Assembly: GCA_044226625.1 (NCBI GenBank) | Contig: JBGAGQ010000003.1 | Span: forward strand, 128,001-192,000 | Direction of reading: 5' to 3' | DNA from: Thermoanaerobaculia bacterium | Lineage (GTDB): Bacteria; Acidobacteriota; Thermoanaerobaculia; Multivoradales; UBA5704 | DNA: 64,000 bases | Part shown: piece by piece, positions 8,204 through 17,154 of the stretch | Position numbering within the stretch: the first letter of the stretch is position 1 | How the letters are laid out: the number at the start of each line of letters is the position of its first letter | The notes under the pieces: generated by a model | Databases searched by the model: none | What the model was told of the DNA's origin: nothing | What the model saw: only the letters and a program-made list of their open reading frames with translations | Translations under genes and position numbers: made by a program

Positions 8204-9060
8204 GACGTCTTCTTCTCCATTTCAGGAAATGAGATCGCTTCCGGTGCCGCGGCGGTCGGTTCGTCCCGAACCACCTCCCCTGGCGGAATCCGCCCGCGTC
8301 GACCCCCGCCTCGGCGCAGCCACCAGCCGCCGAGCAGCAGCATCGAGGGGATCAAGAACCACTGCGAGCCCGACAGGCCGAGGGCGAACGGCGGGTTCGC
8401 GCGCGTGAATTCGAGAAGGAAACGCACCGGAGCGTACAGCGCGAGGTAGAGCTTGAACAGGTCTTGCCGCCAGGCGGCCTCGCGGGCGAGCCGGACGAGC
8501 AGCGCGAACGCCGCGAGGTGGAAAACGATCTCGTAGGCGAACGACGGATGGAGCGGCCGGCCGATCCACGCCGCGGGAAATCCGGGGATCGTGGCCGCCC
8601 GCGCCGCGTCGACCGTGACGCTCCAAGGGAGATCGGCGGGGCGTCCCGGGATCTCGGTGAGCAGGCAGCCGACGCGGCCGATCGCGATGCCGAGCGCCAC
8701 GGGCGCCGCGAACAGCTCGCCGGTCGAGCGGCGCAGGCCGACGAGCCGCTTCGTCGCGAGCGCTCCGAGGTAGGCCCCAGCGAGGCCGCCGAGCACGCTC
8801 TGCCCGCCGCGCAGGGCGAGATCGGCCAACGAGTGCCCGCCTCCGTCGCCGAGGTAGCGCCAGACGACCCCGAGCTTCGCGAACAGCACGCCGCCGATCA
8901 AGGCGCCGCAGAGGACCGCGAGGTGCTCGTCGTCGAACCGGCCCGTCCGACGCGCGGCGCGCAGGTAGAGGACCGTCGCGACGATCACGCCGAAGAGCAC
9001 GAACGCGCCGTGCCGAGAGACGCCGAGGCCGTCGAGCCCGACGGATGCGGAAGGGAGCAT
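8200..9060 (-). CDS. Prolipoprotein diacylglyceryl transferase (Lgt) family protein, divergent paralog
   Basis: GGQSVLGGLAG, GIAIGRVGC, HPSFAYE, YAPVRFLLEFTR motifs; multi-TM; start ATG 9060. Confidence 0.85.
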   Translation of the reverse strand: MLPSASVGLDGLGVSRHGAFVLFGVIVATVLYLRAARRTGRFDDEHLAVLCGALIGGVLFAKLGVVWRYLGDGGGHSLADLALRGGQSVLGGLAGAYLGALATKRLVGLRRSTGELFAAPVALGIAIGRVGCLLTEIPGRPADLPWSVTVDAARAATIPGFPAAWIGRPLHPSFAYEIVFHLAAFALLVRLAREAAWRQDLFKLYLALYAPVRFLLEFTRANPPFALGLSGSQWFLIPSMLLLGGWWLRRGGGRRGRIPPGEVVRDEPTAAAPEAISFPEMEKKTS

Positions 9061-9188
9061 GTTCGGTGGAGTGTACGCCGACCGCCGTGCCGCCGGCCCA
9101 AGAGGAATGCCGGGCACGCTTGGACTCCGGATCCGGCCAACTCGTAGAAAGCGGTAGAGCTTCGCCTTTCCAGAAGGAGATCCTTCTC

Positions 9189-10034
9189 ATGCCCGAGCGC
9201 GTTCGCCTCCTCGCGCTTTCGACACGCGCCACCATCTCGCTGCTGTTGGTCGGCGCGTTCCTCGTCGTGGTCGGATTCTTCGACGAATTTCTCGGCTGGG
9301 ACATCTTCGCCCCGCCGCTCGAGAGGGCGCTCACCGGAGTCTTCGCCTCCTGCGTGGCGCTGGGCGCCTTCGGCCTCGCGATCAGCCTGGCGGTGGGAAT
9401 CCGCGATGCCGTGGCGGCCGTCGAGCGGCTCGGTCCTCCGAGGAGCCCGGCAGAGCAGAGTCCGCCGCTCTCCCGCAAGAGCGCGTGGATCTGGCTCGGC
9501 TCGATCTTCGCGCTCTTCGTCGTCACGGTGCTCGCGTTCAACGGCGCCAACGAGCGCCTGCTCGCAGGGCGGCAGCGCATGTTCAAGAAGCTCGCGCACC
9601 GCCAGATGTCGACGCTCGCCCCCCGCTGGGCGGCGGAGCTCTCCGCCGTGCCGCGCCCCTGCCCGACCTGCGTGCCCGCGGGTCTCAAGGAACTGGTGCG
9701 GGCCTTCGACGCCCAGTCGTTCTGCCGTTCGGTCGACGTCTTCCTTCCCGACCCGGACGACGCGGACGTCCTGTGGCGTTACGTCCCCGACCGGAACGGG
9801 CATCCCGAGCTCGAACGCATCCTGGTCTCCCGGGATCAGGAGCGTGCGATCTCCCAGGCGCTCCGCGGCCAACCGGCCTGGCTGGACCAGATGGACGGCG
9901 ACGTGAATTGGATCTCCTATCGGGTCGTTAGGGGACCCGGCGGACGAGGCCTCGGAGTGGTCGAAATCTTCGGCAATTCCGACGAAACCTACGGCGACTA
10001 CTTGAGCCTCGCCGCCGAGCCCGCGCAGAACTGA
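9189..10034 (+). CDS. Hypothetical membrane protein (3 TM plus soluble C-terminal domain)
   Basis: AAGGAGA RBS before ATG 9189; three hydrophobic segments; CPTC motif. Confidence 0.65.
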   Translation: MPERVRLLALSTRATISLLLVGAFLVVVGFFDEFLGWDIFAPPLERALTGVFASCVALGAFGLAISLAVGIRDAVAAVERLGPPRSPAEQSPPLSRKSAWIWLGSIFALFVVTVLAFNGANERLLAGRQRMFKKLAHRQMSTLAPRWAAELSAVPRPCPTCVPAGLKELVRAFDAQSFCRSVDVFLPDPDDADVLWRYVPDRNGHPELERILVSRDQERAISQALRGQPAWLDQMDGDVNWISYRVVRGPGGRGLGVVEIFGNSDETYGDYLSLAAEPAQN

Positions 10035-10078
10035 CAGGCGAAACGACGGGGCCTACGGCGAGATAGACTCCCGTCACC

Positions 10079-11461
10079 ATGCACCACGGCTCGGCCTCTC
10101 TCCCCCGCCTCGCGGCGCTCGTCGCCCTTCTTGCGCTCGCCTCCCCGCTGCTCGCTCACGAGGAGACCGGCGTCTCGCCCCTCCAATCCGGCCCGATGGT
10201 CGGCCTGTCCGACGTGGGCGAGGTGGAGCTCTGGCTGCAGACGAAACAGCCGGCGCGCGCGCAGCTCCGCTTCTGGCTCGCGGGCGCGGAGGTCTCGTCG
10301 CGGCTCTCGCGGGAGATCGCGACCACCGAGGAGGGGGATCGGATCGCGCGGTTTCGCCTCGTGAACCTGGTGCCGGGGGTGAAATACGAATACGAGGTCT
10401 ACGTCGACGGGCGGCGGGTCGGCCTGCCCTACGCCACCGCGTTCAAGACGCAGGAGATCTGGCGGTGGCGCACGCCCGCGCCCGACGTGCGCGCGGCGTT
10501 CGGCTCGTGCGCCTACATCAACGATCCTTCGGCGGACCGGGAGGGCGAACCGTACGGCGGCGGGTACGAGATCTTCAACGCGATCCTCGCGCAAAAACCC
10601 GACCTGATGCTCTGGCTGGGCGACGACATCTATTACCGGGAATCCGACGTCGGGACCGAAGAGGGGATGCGCCGTCGTTGGGCGCGCGACCGCTCGATCC
10701 CGGAGCTCCAGCCGCTGTTCGGCTCGGTGCATCAATACGCGATCTGGGACGACCACGATTTCGGCCCGAACGACTCGGATCGCTCGTTCGCCGGTCGCGA
10801 GACTTCCCTGCGCGTGTTTCGCGACTATTGGGCGAACCCGCAATACGGCACCGCCGAGCTCCCCGGCGTGTTCGGTCGGTTCTCCTGGGGCGACGTCGAG
10901 TTCTTCCTGCTCGACGACCGCTTCTACCGGACCCCGGACGAGTTCCCCGACGACGCCTCGAAACGGATGTTCGGCCGCGAGCAGTTGCGCTGGCTCGAAG
11001 AGGCGCTGGTCTCCTCCGACGCGACGTTCAAGGTCGTCGCCTCGGGCAATCAGATGTGGAATCCCCTCGCCAACTACGAAGCGCTCGGCCGCTATCCCGC
11101 CGAGCAGCGCGAGCTGCGCGACTTCTTGGTGAAGGCGAAGATCCGCGGCCTCGTCTTCCTCACCGGCGACCGCCATACGTCGGAGCTGCTCAAGGTCGAC
11201 GTCCCCGGCCTCTATCCGTTCTACGAGTTCACCTCGAGTCCGCTCACCTCGGGCATGGCCAGCTCGTTCGAAAAAGAGGCGAACAACCCCGCCCGCGTCG
11301 CCGGGACCTGGGTCACCGACCGTCGCAGCTTCGGGCTGCTCGAGGTCACCGGGCCGCCGGAAGATCGTGTGCTGACGCTCCGAGCGATCGATGCCAAGGG
11401 CACCGAGCTCTGGAAGCACGAGATCCACGCGCGCGAGCTCGAACCGCCCGCAAAGAAATAG
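10079..11461 (+). CDS. phoD: Alkaline phosphatase D family protein
   Basis: Signal peptide; FGSC, WLGDDIY, IWDDHD, LDDRFYR, LTGDRH, EFTSSP motifs. Confidence 0.9.
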   Translation: MHHGSASLPRLAALVALLALASPLLAHEETGVSPLQSGPMVGLSDVGEVELWLQTKQPARAQLRFWLAGAEVSSRLSREIATTEEGDRIARFRLVNLVPGVKYEYEVYVDGRRVGLPYATAFKTQEIWRWRTPAPDVRAAFGSCAYINDPSADREGEPYGGGYEIFNAILAQKPDLMLWLGDDIYYRESDVGTEEGMRRRWARDRSIPELQPLFGSVHQYAIWDDHDFGPNDSDRSFAGRETSLRVFRDYWANPQYGTAELPGVFGRFSWGDVEFFLLDDRFYRTPDEFPDDASKRMFGREQLRWLEEALVSSDATFKVVASGNQMWNPLANYEALGRYPAEQRELRDFLVKAKIRGLVFLTGDRHTSELLKVDVPGLYPFYEFTSSPLTSGMASSFEKEANNPARVAGTWVTDRRSFGLLEVTGPPEDRVLTLRAIDAKGTELWKHEIHARELEPPAKK

Positions 11462-11563
11462 CGCCGGCGAAGTCGACTCCTTCGCACGGCGCTTTGGCTT
11501 CTCGAATCGGCTCTCGCTCGGACTCTGCGCCCGAGCGGGCCGGCGTCCATCCTCGACCCGAGG

Positions 11564-11896
11564 TCAGACGAGGTCTTTGACCGTCTTGCTCGAGCCGTTC
11601 GACTTGACCGAGGCCATGCCGTTCTCGCAAGCCCCGGACGACGAATACAGCTCGCTCGTGCCGATTACCTGGTGGTTGCCCGCCCGAAGATTGAAAAACG
11701 GCTTGCCGTTCGACGACGTCTTCTGCACGTACCGCTTGTCGTTGCCGCAGTTCTTCTGCACCGACGCGATCCCCTTGACCGCCGAGGAGCGCGACCGATA
11801 GAGCTCGCTGGTGAGGATGACCTCTCCGTTGCCCGCCTTCAGAACGAAACGAAACTGCCCGTCGCTGCTCTTCTTCAGCTCGAACCAACCGGACAT
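11564..11896 (-). CDS. yegP: YegP family protein (tandem DUF1508)
   Basis: Two repeats F.F.L.A.N..VI.TSE.Y.S...C..G..SV..N; GAGGAG RBS. Confidence 0.9.
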   Translation of the reverse strand: MSGWFELKKSSDGQFRFVLKAGNGEVILTSELYRSRSSAVKGIASVQKNCGNDKRYVQKTSSNGKPFFNLRAGNHQVIGTSELYSSSGACENGMASVKSNGSSKTVKDLV

Positions 11897-11955
11897 CGCG
11901 GCTCCTCCTCGAATGGAATTGTGCCTTCGACGCTAAAGCGCTTCGAACGGCCTTG

Positions 11956-12846
11956 TCAATGTGAGCCCGGCGCGACGAAACGGACCTCGAACATCTTCGG
12001 CCAGAGCTTCCCCGTCACGTAAAAGAACTTGCCCTGCGGATTCCAGGCGATGCCGTTCAAGACCTCGGCGCCCGCCAAGCGTTCTTGAGGCGTGAGCAAC
12101 CCGGAGGCGTCGATCGACGCCGTCACCTCGCCCGTCGCGGCGTCGATGCGCACGATTTCGTCGGTCTGATACACGTTCGCGTAGACCGCGCCGTCCACGC
12201 ACTCGAGCTCGTTCAGGTAGAAGACCGGCTGGCCCGAGCGACGGACGGAGACGCGAGCCGTCTCGGCGAACGTCTGCGGATCGTGAAAGGTCAGGACGTC
12301 GGTGCCGTCGCTCCGGATCAGGCGCTTGCCGTCGAAGCAGAGTCCCCACCCCTCACCGGCGTAGCGAAAGTCCGTCCCCCGGGCGAACGTCGCGAGATCC
12401 CAGGAGAACGCCAGGTTCTCGCGCCAGGTGAGCTGGAACAGACGTTGGCCGACGAGCGCGAGACCTTCGCCGAAGACCTCCGGCGGCAGAGCCACCTTGC
12501 GCCGCACCGCGCCGGTCTTCGGATCGACCTCGCGCAGGTCCGAGCGCCCGTACTGGCCGGCGCTCTCGTACAACGCCCCCCGCTGCCAGACCAACCCTTG
12601 GGTATACGAGCCGGTGTCGTGAGGATGGGTCGCGAGCACCTGGACGACGAGGCTCTCGACCGGTTTCGCGGGAGCCGGGGTCGCTCGAGAGGCCGCTCCC
12701 GCGCTGGGCGCTGCCGCCGAGCGCTCCGCCGCGGCGGGCGAGGCCTGCGCTTCGTTCGTGGCGTTCGTCGCCGGGGCCGCGCAGGTCGCGAGCGCCAACG
12801 CCAAGGGAACCGCACCGAGCCAGGAAAAGGCGATCGACGCCGCCAC
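11956..12846 (-). CDS. Glutaminyl-peptide cyclotransferase (beta-propeller type)
   Basis: YTQGL, ESAGQYG, FGEGL, LTW, EGWGL, SDGT, LNELE, VLNGIA, TGKLWP motifs; N-terminal signal. Confidence 0.9.
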   Translation of the reverse strand: MAASIAFSWLGAVPLALALATCAAPATNATNEAQASPAAAERSAAAPSAGAASRATPAPAKPVESLVVQVLATHPHDTGSYTQGLVWQRGALYESAGQYGRSDLREVDPKTGAVRRKVALPPEVFGEGLALVGQRLFQLTWRENLAFSWDLATFARGTDFRYAGEGWGLCFDGKRLIRSDGTDVLTFHDPQTFAETARVSVRRSGQPVFYLNELECVDGAVYANVYQTDEIVRIDAATGEVTASIDASGLLTPQERLAGAEVLNGIAWNPQGKFFYVTGKLWPKMFEVRFVAPGSH

Positions 12847-12851
12847 TCCGC

Positions 12852-15413
12852 TTACCCCCGGCCTTCGAAGGAACAGCCCGCGAGATCGTCCGGCATGCCC
12901 ATCGCCGGCTGGCCGATCGGCTGCCCGGGCGGCAGGTCCGGTACGGGATCCGCCGGCTTGTCGAGCACCGCCGCGCGCGAGAAGAAGCGCTCGATTTCGC
13001 GCACCAGGTGGGCGAAGGTCGCGCGCTCCTCGGCCGGCTCGGCGCCCGAGATCGGTCGCCGCGCGAGGCTCGACAGGGCGGCCTCTACCCGAGCGCGAAC
13101 GCCGGGGGTCGCGGCGGGGTTGGCCGCGAGCGCGATCAGCCGGCGCACGGCGACCGCTTCGACCGTGCGGCGGATTTCGGCCAGGCGCGGCGACGAGCCC
13201 CCGGAGAAGCTCGCGGAAACGATCTTCTCGATCACCTCGTCGAGCCCGAGCTGGGCCGGGTCGCGCCGGTGCTGATCGACCAGCCGGGCCGCGCGCTCGG
13301 GAGCGAGCAGGGCGCCGATCGCGAAATCGGCCGCGGTCGCCGCCGCGCCGAGCGGATCGAAGATCGGACCGCTTCCGCCCCCGAAGGTCTCGACCGAATC
13401 CCGCACCTCGGGAGGCCGCGGCGGCAGCAGCGCGAGGACGGAATCGGGCAGGTCGAGCTCCGCGGGGGCGACCGTCGCGAGCACCGCGGCGAGAGCGCGC
13501 CGCTGGTCGACCGCCGGAACCGGTGCGACCGGAGCCTGGCCGTCACCGGGCATCGCGTAGGCATAGGTGGCGCCGCCGACGCTCCTCGCCGCCGCTTCGA
13601 GCTGATAGCGGGTGTGGAAGTAGACGGGGGCGAGGACCTCATTGAGCAGCGCGAGCGGCCGGCTCTTGCCGAGGTTGCCGGCGCCGAATTTCGCGAGCGC
13701 GATCCGCCGCACTTTGGCCGACGTCTCGAGCGAGGCGATCGGATCGGGTCCGTTGTCCCAGAGGTTCGCGAGCGGATGGGCCGCGCCGAGCGGCCGCGCA
13801 TCCTGATCGGAGAGGTAGACCATGCCGCGCGAGAGCGTCTCGGCGACGATCGCAGCGAGCCCCGCCTCCTCCTGCTCCTCGGGAAACTGACTGTACAGGT
13901 AGCGGATCGCCTGGACGTCCCACGCCCCGACGCCCGTCGCGTAGGCTTCGGACAGGTCGAGGTTTCCGGCGGCGTCGATCTTCACCAGCGGCGCCGGGTA
14001 GTCCATCACTGAGGCGCGCCCGTAGGTCGAGGCCGCGAAGTTGTGCGCGAGACCGAGACTATGTCCCACCTCGTGCGCTGCGAGCTGGCGGATGCGCGCG
14101 AGCGACAACTCGATGGGATCCGCCGGTCCGCCGTTACCCGTGGCGCCCGCGCCGAGCAGGCCCTCGAACAGCAGGCGGTCCTGGCGCACCCGCTGCGAGC
14201 CGAGCAGGACATGGCCGTTGATCATTTCGCCGGTGCGCGGATCGATCGCACCGCCGCCGTACGACCAGCCTCGGGTCGAGCGGTGCACCCATTCGATCGT
14301 GTTGTAGCGCGCGTCCTCCGGATCGATCCCCTCGGGCAGCACCTCGACCCGGAAGGCATCGACGAACCCCGCGGCCTCGAACGCCTCCTTCCACCAGCTC
14401 GCCCCTTCGACGAGCGCGCTGCGGACCGGCTCGGGCACGCCGCGGTCGACGTAGTAGACGAGCGGCTCGACCGCCTTCGACCGCGCGGCGGCCGGATCGA
14501 CCTTCTGTAGCCGATGGCGCGCCGCGAACGCCCCTTCGAGCGGCGCCGCCAGGGGAACCGCGAAATCGAGGAAGCCGACGGTGAAATGCCCCATCCGGGG
14601 ATCGAAACGGCGCGGGCGGAAACCCGCCTCCGGCAAGGCGAACAACGACTGCCGGGCGTAGAGCGTCGCGGTTCGATCCCCTGCGGGCGACGGCGTCACC
14701 TCGCGCACGAGCGGCCCTGCGCTGCTCGACTGGAACGTGAGCAGGGCCGACAGCACGACGTTCTTCGGAAACGCCTTGCAACCCTCGAGGTCCACCGCGC
14801 TGCGCGCCGCGTCGAACGACCAAGCGCCCTGCCGCGCGTTCGACATCGCCGCGACGACACCGTGGGAGTCGCGCAGGAGGAACGACGTGAGATCGACGAG
14901 GATGCGGCCGTCGGGATTCTCGACCTCGACCGGCGCCGCCCAGAGCACCGACGTCGCGAACGACTCTTCGACCGCCCGTCGCTCCTCCGGATTCGACGAC
15001 GGCACCTGCGCCCCGGCCCGGAAGCCCAGGTTCGGCAGCTCGAACAGGACCCTTCCGCCCAGCCGCCGCACGTCGAGAATCACCGACTCCGACACCTGCC
15101 CCCGATCGAGACCGACCGGATTCGATCCCAGCCCGGAGCGCAGCGCCTCGACGTAGAGATAGCGCCCGATCCGGCCGTCCGGGCCGCCCGGCGGCAGCGC
15201 GAGCCAGACTTTGCCTGCCTTCTTGTCGAGGTAGAGGTCGAGTAATCCCGCGCGATGCTCGAGGCCGGCGATCTTGGCCTCGACGGGAGGTTTCTCGGGC
15301 GGTTTGGGAGGAGCCACCGGCGGCTTTTTCGCTGCCGCCGCGACGGAGGCGATTCCAAGCAGGGAGAGGAGCCAAACGGAAGAAGCGAGGCGGGAGCGGA
15401 TGCGTCGGACCAA
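12852..15413 (-). CDS. Secreted zinc-dependent metalloprotease (Met-zincin, DUF5117/DUF4953-type)
   Basis: HEVGHSLGLAHNF, SVMDY Met-turn, DPRMGHF, DPRTGE; AGGAGGT RBS at 15421-15427 before TTG 15413; signal peptide. Confidence 0.88.
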   Translation of the reverse strand: MVRRIRSRLASSVWLLSLLGIASVAAAAKKPPVAPPKPPEKPPVEAKIAGLEHRAGLLDLYLDKKAGKVWLALPPGGPDGRIGRYLYVEALRSGLGSNPVGLDRGQVSESVILDVRRLGGRVLFELPNLGFRAGAQVPSSNPEERRAVEESFATSVLWAAPVEVENPDGRILVDLTSFLLRDSHGVVAAMSNARQGAWSFDAARSAVDLEGCKAFPKNVVLSALLTFQSSSAGPLVREVTPSPAGDRTATLYARQSLFALPEAGFRPRRFDPRMGHFTVGFLDFAVPLAAPLEGAFAARHRLQKVDPAAARSKAVEPLVYYVDRGVPEPVRSALVEGASWWKEAFEAAGFVDAFRVEVLPEGIDPEDARYNTIEWVHRSTRGWSYGGGAIDPRTGEMINGHVLLGSQRVRQDRLLFEGLLGAGATGNGGPADPIELSLARIRQLAAHEVGHSLGLAHNFAASTYGRASVMDYPAPLVKIDAAGNLDLSEAYATGVGAWDVQAIRYLYSQFPEEQEEAGLAAIVAETLSRGMVYLSDQDARPLGAAHPLANLWDNGPDPIASLETSAKVRRIALAKFGAGNLGKSRPLALLNEVLAPVYFHTRYQLEAAARSVGGATYAYAMPGDGQAPVAPVPAVDQRRALAAVLATVAPAELDLPDSVLALLPPRPPEVRDSVETFGGGSGPIFDPLGAAATAADFAIGALLAPERAARLVDQHRRDPAQLGLDEVIEKIVSASFSGGSSPRLAEIRRTVEAVAVRRLIALAANPAATPGVRARVEAALSSLARRPISGAEPAEERATFAHLVREIERFFSRAAVLDKPADPVPDLPPGQPIGQPAMGMPDDLAGCSFEGRG

Positions 15414-15496
15414 GGGGCGTACCTCCTGAGAAACCGGTTCCTCGACTCTATCAGCCGACCCGGCAAGCCGGTCGCCGCCCCTTAGCGAGCGTTCGT

Positions 15497-16505
15497 TCAC
15501 CCCATCGCGTTCGCGAGCGCGTGAGCCAGGGCGTCGCCCTCGTCGGCCGCATGCTCCCCCATCCAGCAAACCTGGAACCAGTTGCGCTTTACGAGGTAGC
15601 CGCTCCGGTAGGAGAGCAGGATTCCCTCGGCCTCCAGCCGCTCGCCCAGGTCGAAGGCCCGGTGGCCTTCCGGCGGCACGAGCGTGAGGACCCAGGAGGC
15701 CGTCCGCTCCGGAGGGGCGACCGAGTAAAAGCCGAGCGATTCGAGCCGCGCGCGAAGCTCGGCCGAAGGCCGGTCGCGATCGCAAGGTCCGCTCGGGAGG
15801 ACACCGCCGCGGCCCTCGAGCGCGCGGCCGAGCGCAGCGAGCAGGTTCGAGGAGGCGGTAAACGGCACCCCCTCTTCGCGCGCCCAGAGGCCAAGATCGA
15901 GATAGCGCGGCAGCTTCGGCGAGGGCGCGATCTCCTCGCGATGGAACACGACCCCGAGACCGGGATAGGACGCGAGCCCCTTGCCCGAGGTCGCCGTCGC
16001 GAGCCAGGCCGCGGAGAGGTCGACTGAGGCGTTTCCCACCGAGCTGATCGCGTCGACGCAGAGCTTCGCGCTCCGCTCGCGCGCGATCTCGGCCAATCGG
16101 CCGAGATCGTTCAGCACGCCGGTCGAAGTCTCGCAATGGACCGCCCAGATCCAGTCGATCGGACCGTCGAGCCGCGCGATCTCGGCGAGCGGGAGCGCTT
16201 CGCCCCACTCCGTGCTCGATCAGCCGCTCGCCGAACTCGCCGTTCGATAGGATCAGCCCGCGTCCGGCGATCCGAGACAGCTGAGCCGCCACGGCGTCGT
16301 TCGCGAGGGTCCCCGAGCCGACGAGGAGCTGCACATGGGGCAGCCCGACGAGCCGGCACAGCCGCTCCTTCACCTCCGCGAGCATCGAATGGAAAACGGC
16401 CGAACGATGGGAGATCGCCGGGGCGGCAAAAGCCCGCGCCACCTCCTCGTGCACGGGTACGGGGCCGGGGAGAAACGAGATCCGCGGCGGACCGCCGTCG
16501 ATCAT
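15497..16505 (-). pseudogene. Class V PLP aminotransferase, frameshifted near 16211
   Basis: N-part FLPGPV, SHRS, GSGTLAND, NGEFGERL in one frame; C-part HCETSTG, VDAISSVG, SGKGLASYPG in another; the junction ERLIEH-G-EWG lacks the usual intervening residues. Confidence 0.75.
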
Positions 16506-17071
16506 GAGTCGACCTCCGCCGCGAGGCGTTTCGCCGCCGGAGCGAGATCGTCCCAACGGACGAACATCGCCCGGTACGGCGCCTCGGGCGTGCCGATCGG
16601 CGGACCGAACGTGACGAAGCCGAGATGGCGATAGAGCTTCGCCTGCCGCTCGATCCCGGAAATCACCGCGAGGTCGCATCCTTCCGCACGCCCCTGCCCG
16701 ATCGCCCGCGCGAGCAGCCCCGAGAAGACGGAGCCTCGGCGCCGCCCCGGCACCACCGCGAGCAGGCGAACCTCGCAGGCTCGGGCATGGGGCGGGAGGT
16801 AACGGTCCAGATCGGTCAGCTTCCCGTCGAGGGAGAAGGGACGCTCGCACGAGACGGCGATCATGCCGACCACGCGCCCGTCCTCGAGCGCGACGAACGC
16901 CGCGCTCGACGCGAGCCGCGGGTCGACCACGAGCCCGTCCGGCCGCGCGGGGTGCTGGGGAATCTCTTCGGCGAACGTCCGATGGATCAACGCGTACGCC
17001 TGCTGGAGCTCCCACTCTTCGGTGAGGCGCTTGAAGACCACGCCGGCGGGCGACGATCTTCCAACCATCAC
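16502..17071 (-). CDS. GNAT-fold acyltransferase
   Basis: TFAEEIPQH, CEVRLLAV, LYRHLGF motifs; ATGA overlap with the aminotransferase. Confidence 0.8.
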   Translation of the reverse strand: MMVGRSSPAGVVFKRLTEEWELQQAYALIHRTFAEEIPQHPARPDGLVVDPRLASSAAFVALEDGRVVGMIAVSCERPFSLDGKLTDLDRYLPPHARACEVRLLAVVPGRRRGSVFSGLLARAIGQGRAEGCDLAVISGIERQAKLYRHLGFVTFGPPIGTPEAPYRAMFVRWDDLAPAAKRLAAEVDS

Positions 17072-17116
17072 GAAGGGGTCGCTGGCATCGAACCTTGAGT
17101 ATAGACCGCCCGTTCC

Positions 17117-17145
17117 TTGTCGGACCGCGGGATTTGTTCTATAAC
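17117..17145 (+). promoter_or_regulatory. Sigma70-type promoter of the DEAD-box helicase gene
   Basis: TTGTCG-17 nt-TATAAC, ending 9 nt before ATG 17155. Confidence 0.55.
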
Positions 17146-17154
17146 TCGTCTGGA

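Noticed and set aside
5833-9060. RiPP cluster (radical SAM/SPASM with precursor peptide)
   Set aside because: No SPASM motif, RRE domain, short precursor or peptidase; the motifs fit the Tes/MJ0619-like family better.
12852-17015. Single 1387-aa ORF from the track
   Set aside because: It is a chance read-through joining a GNAT shadow frame, the aminotransferase N-half and the metalloprotease, which has its own RBS and start at 15413.
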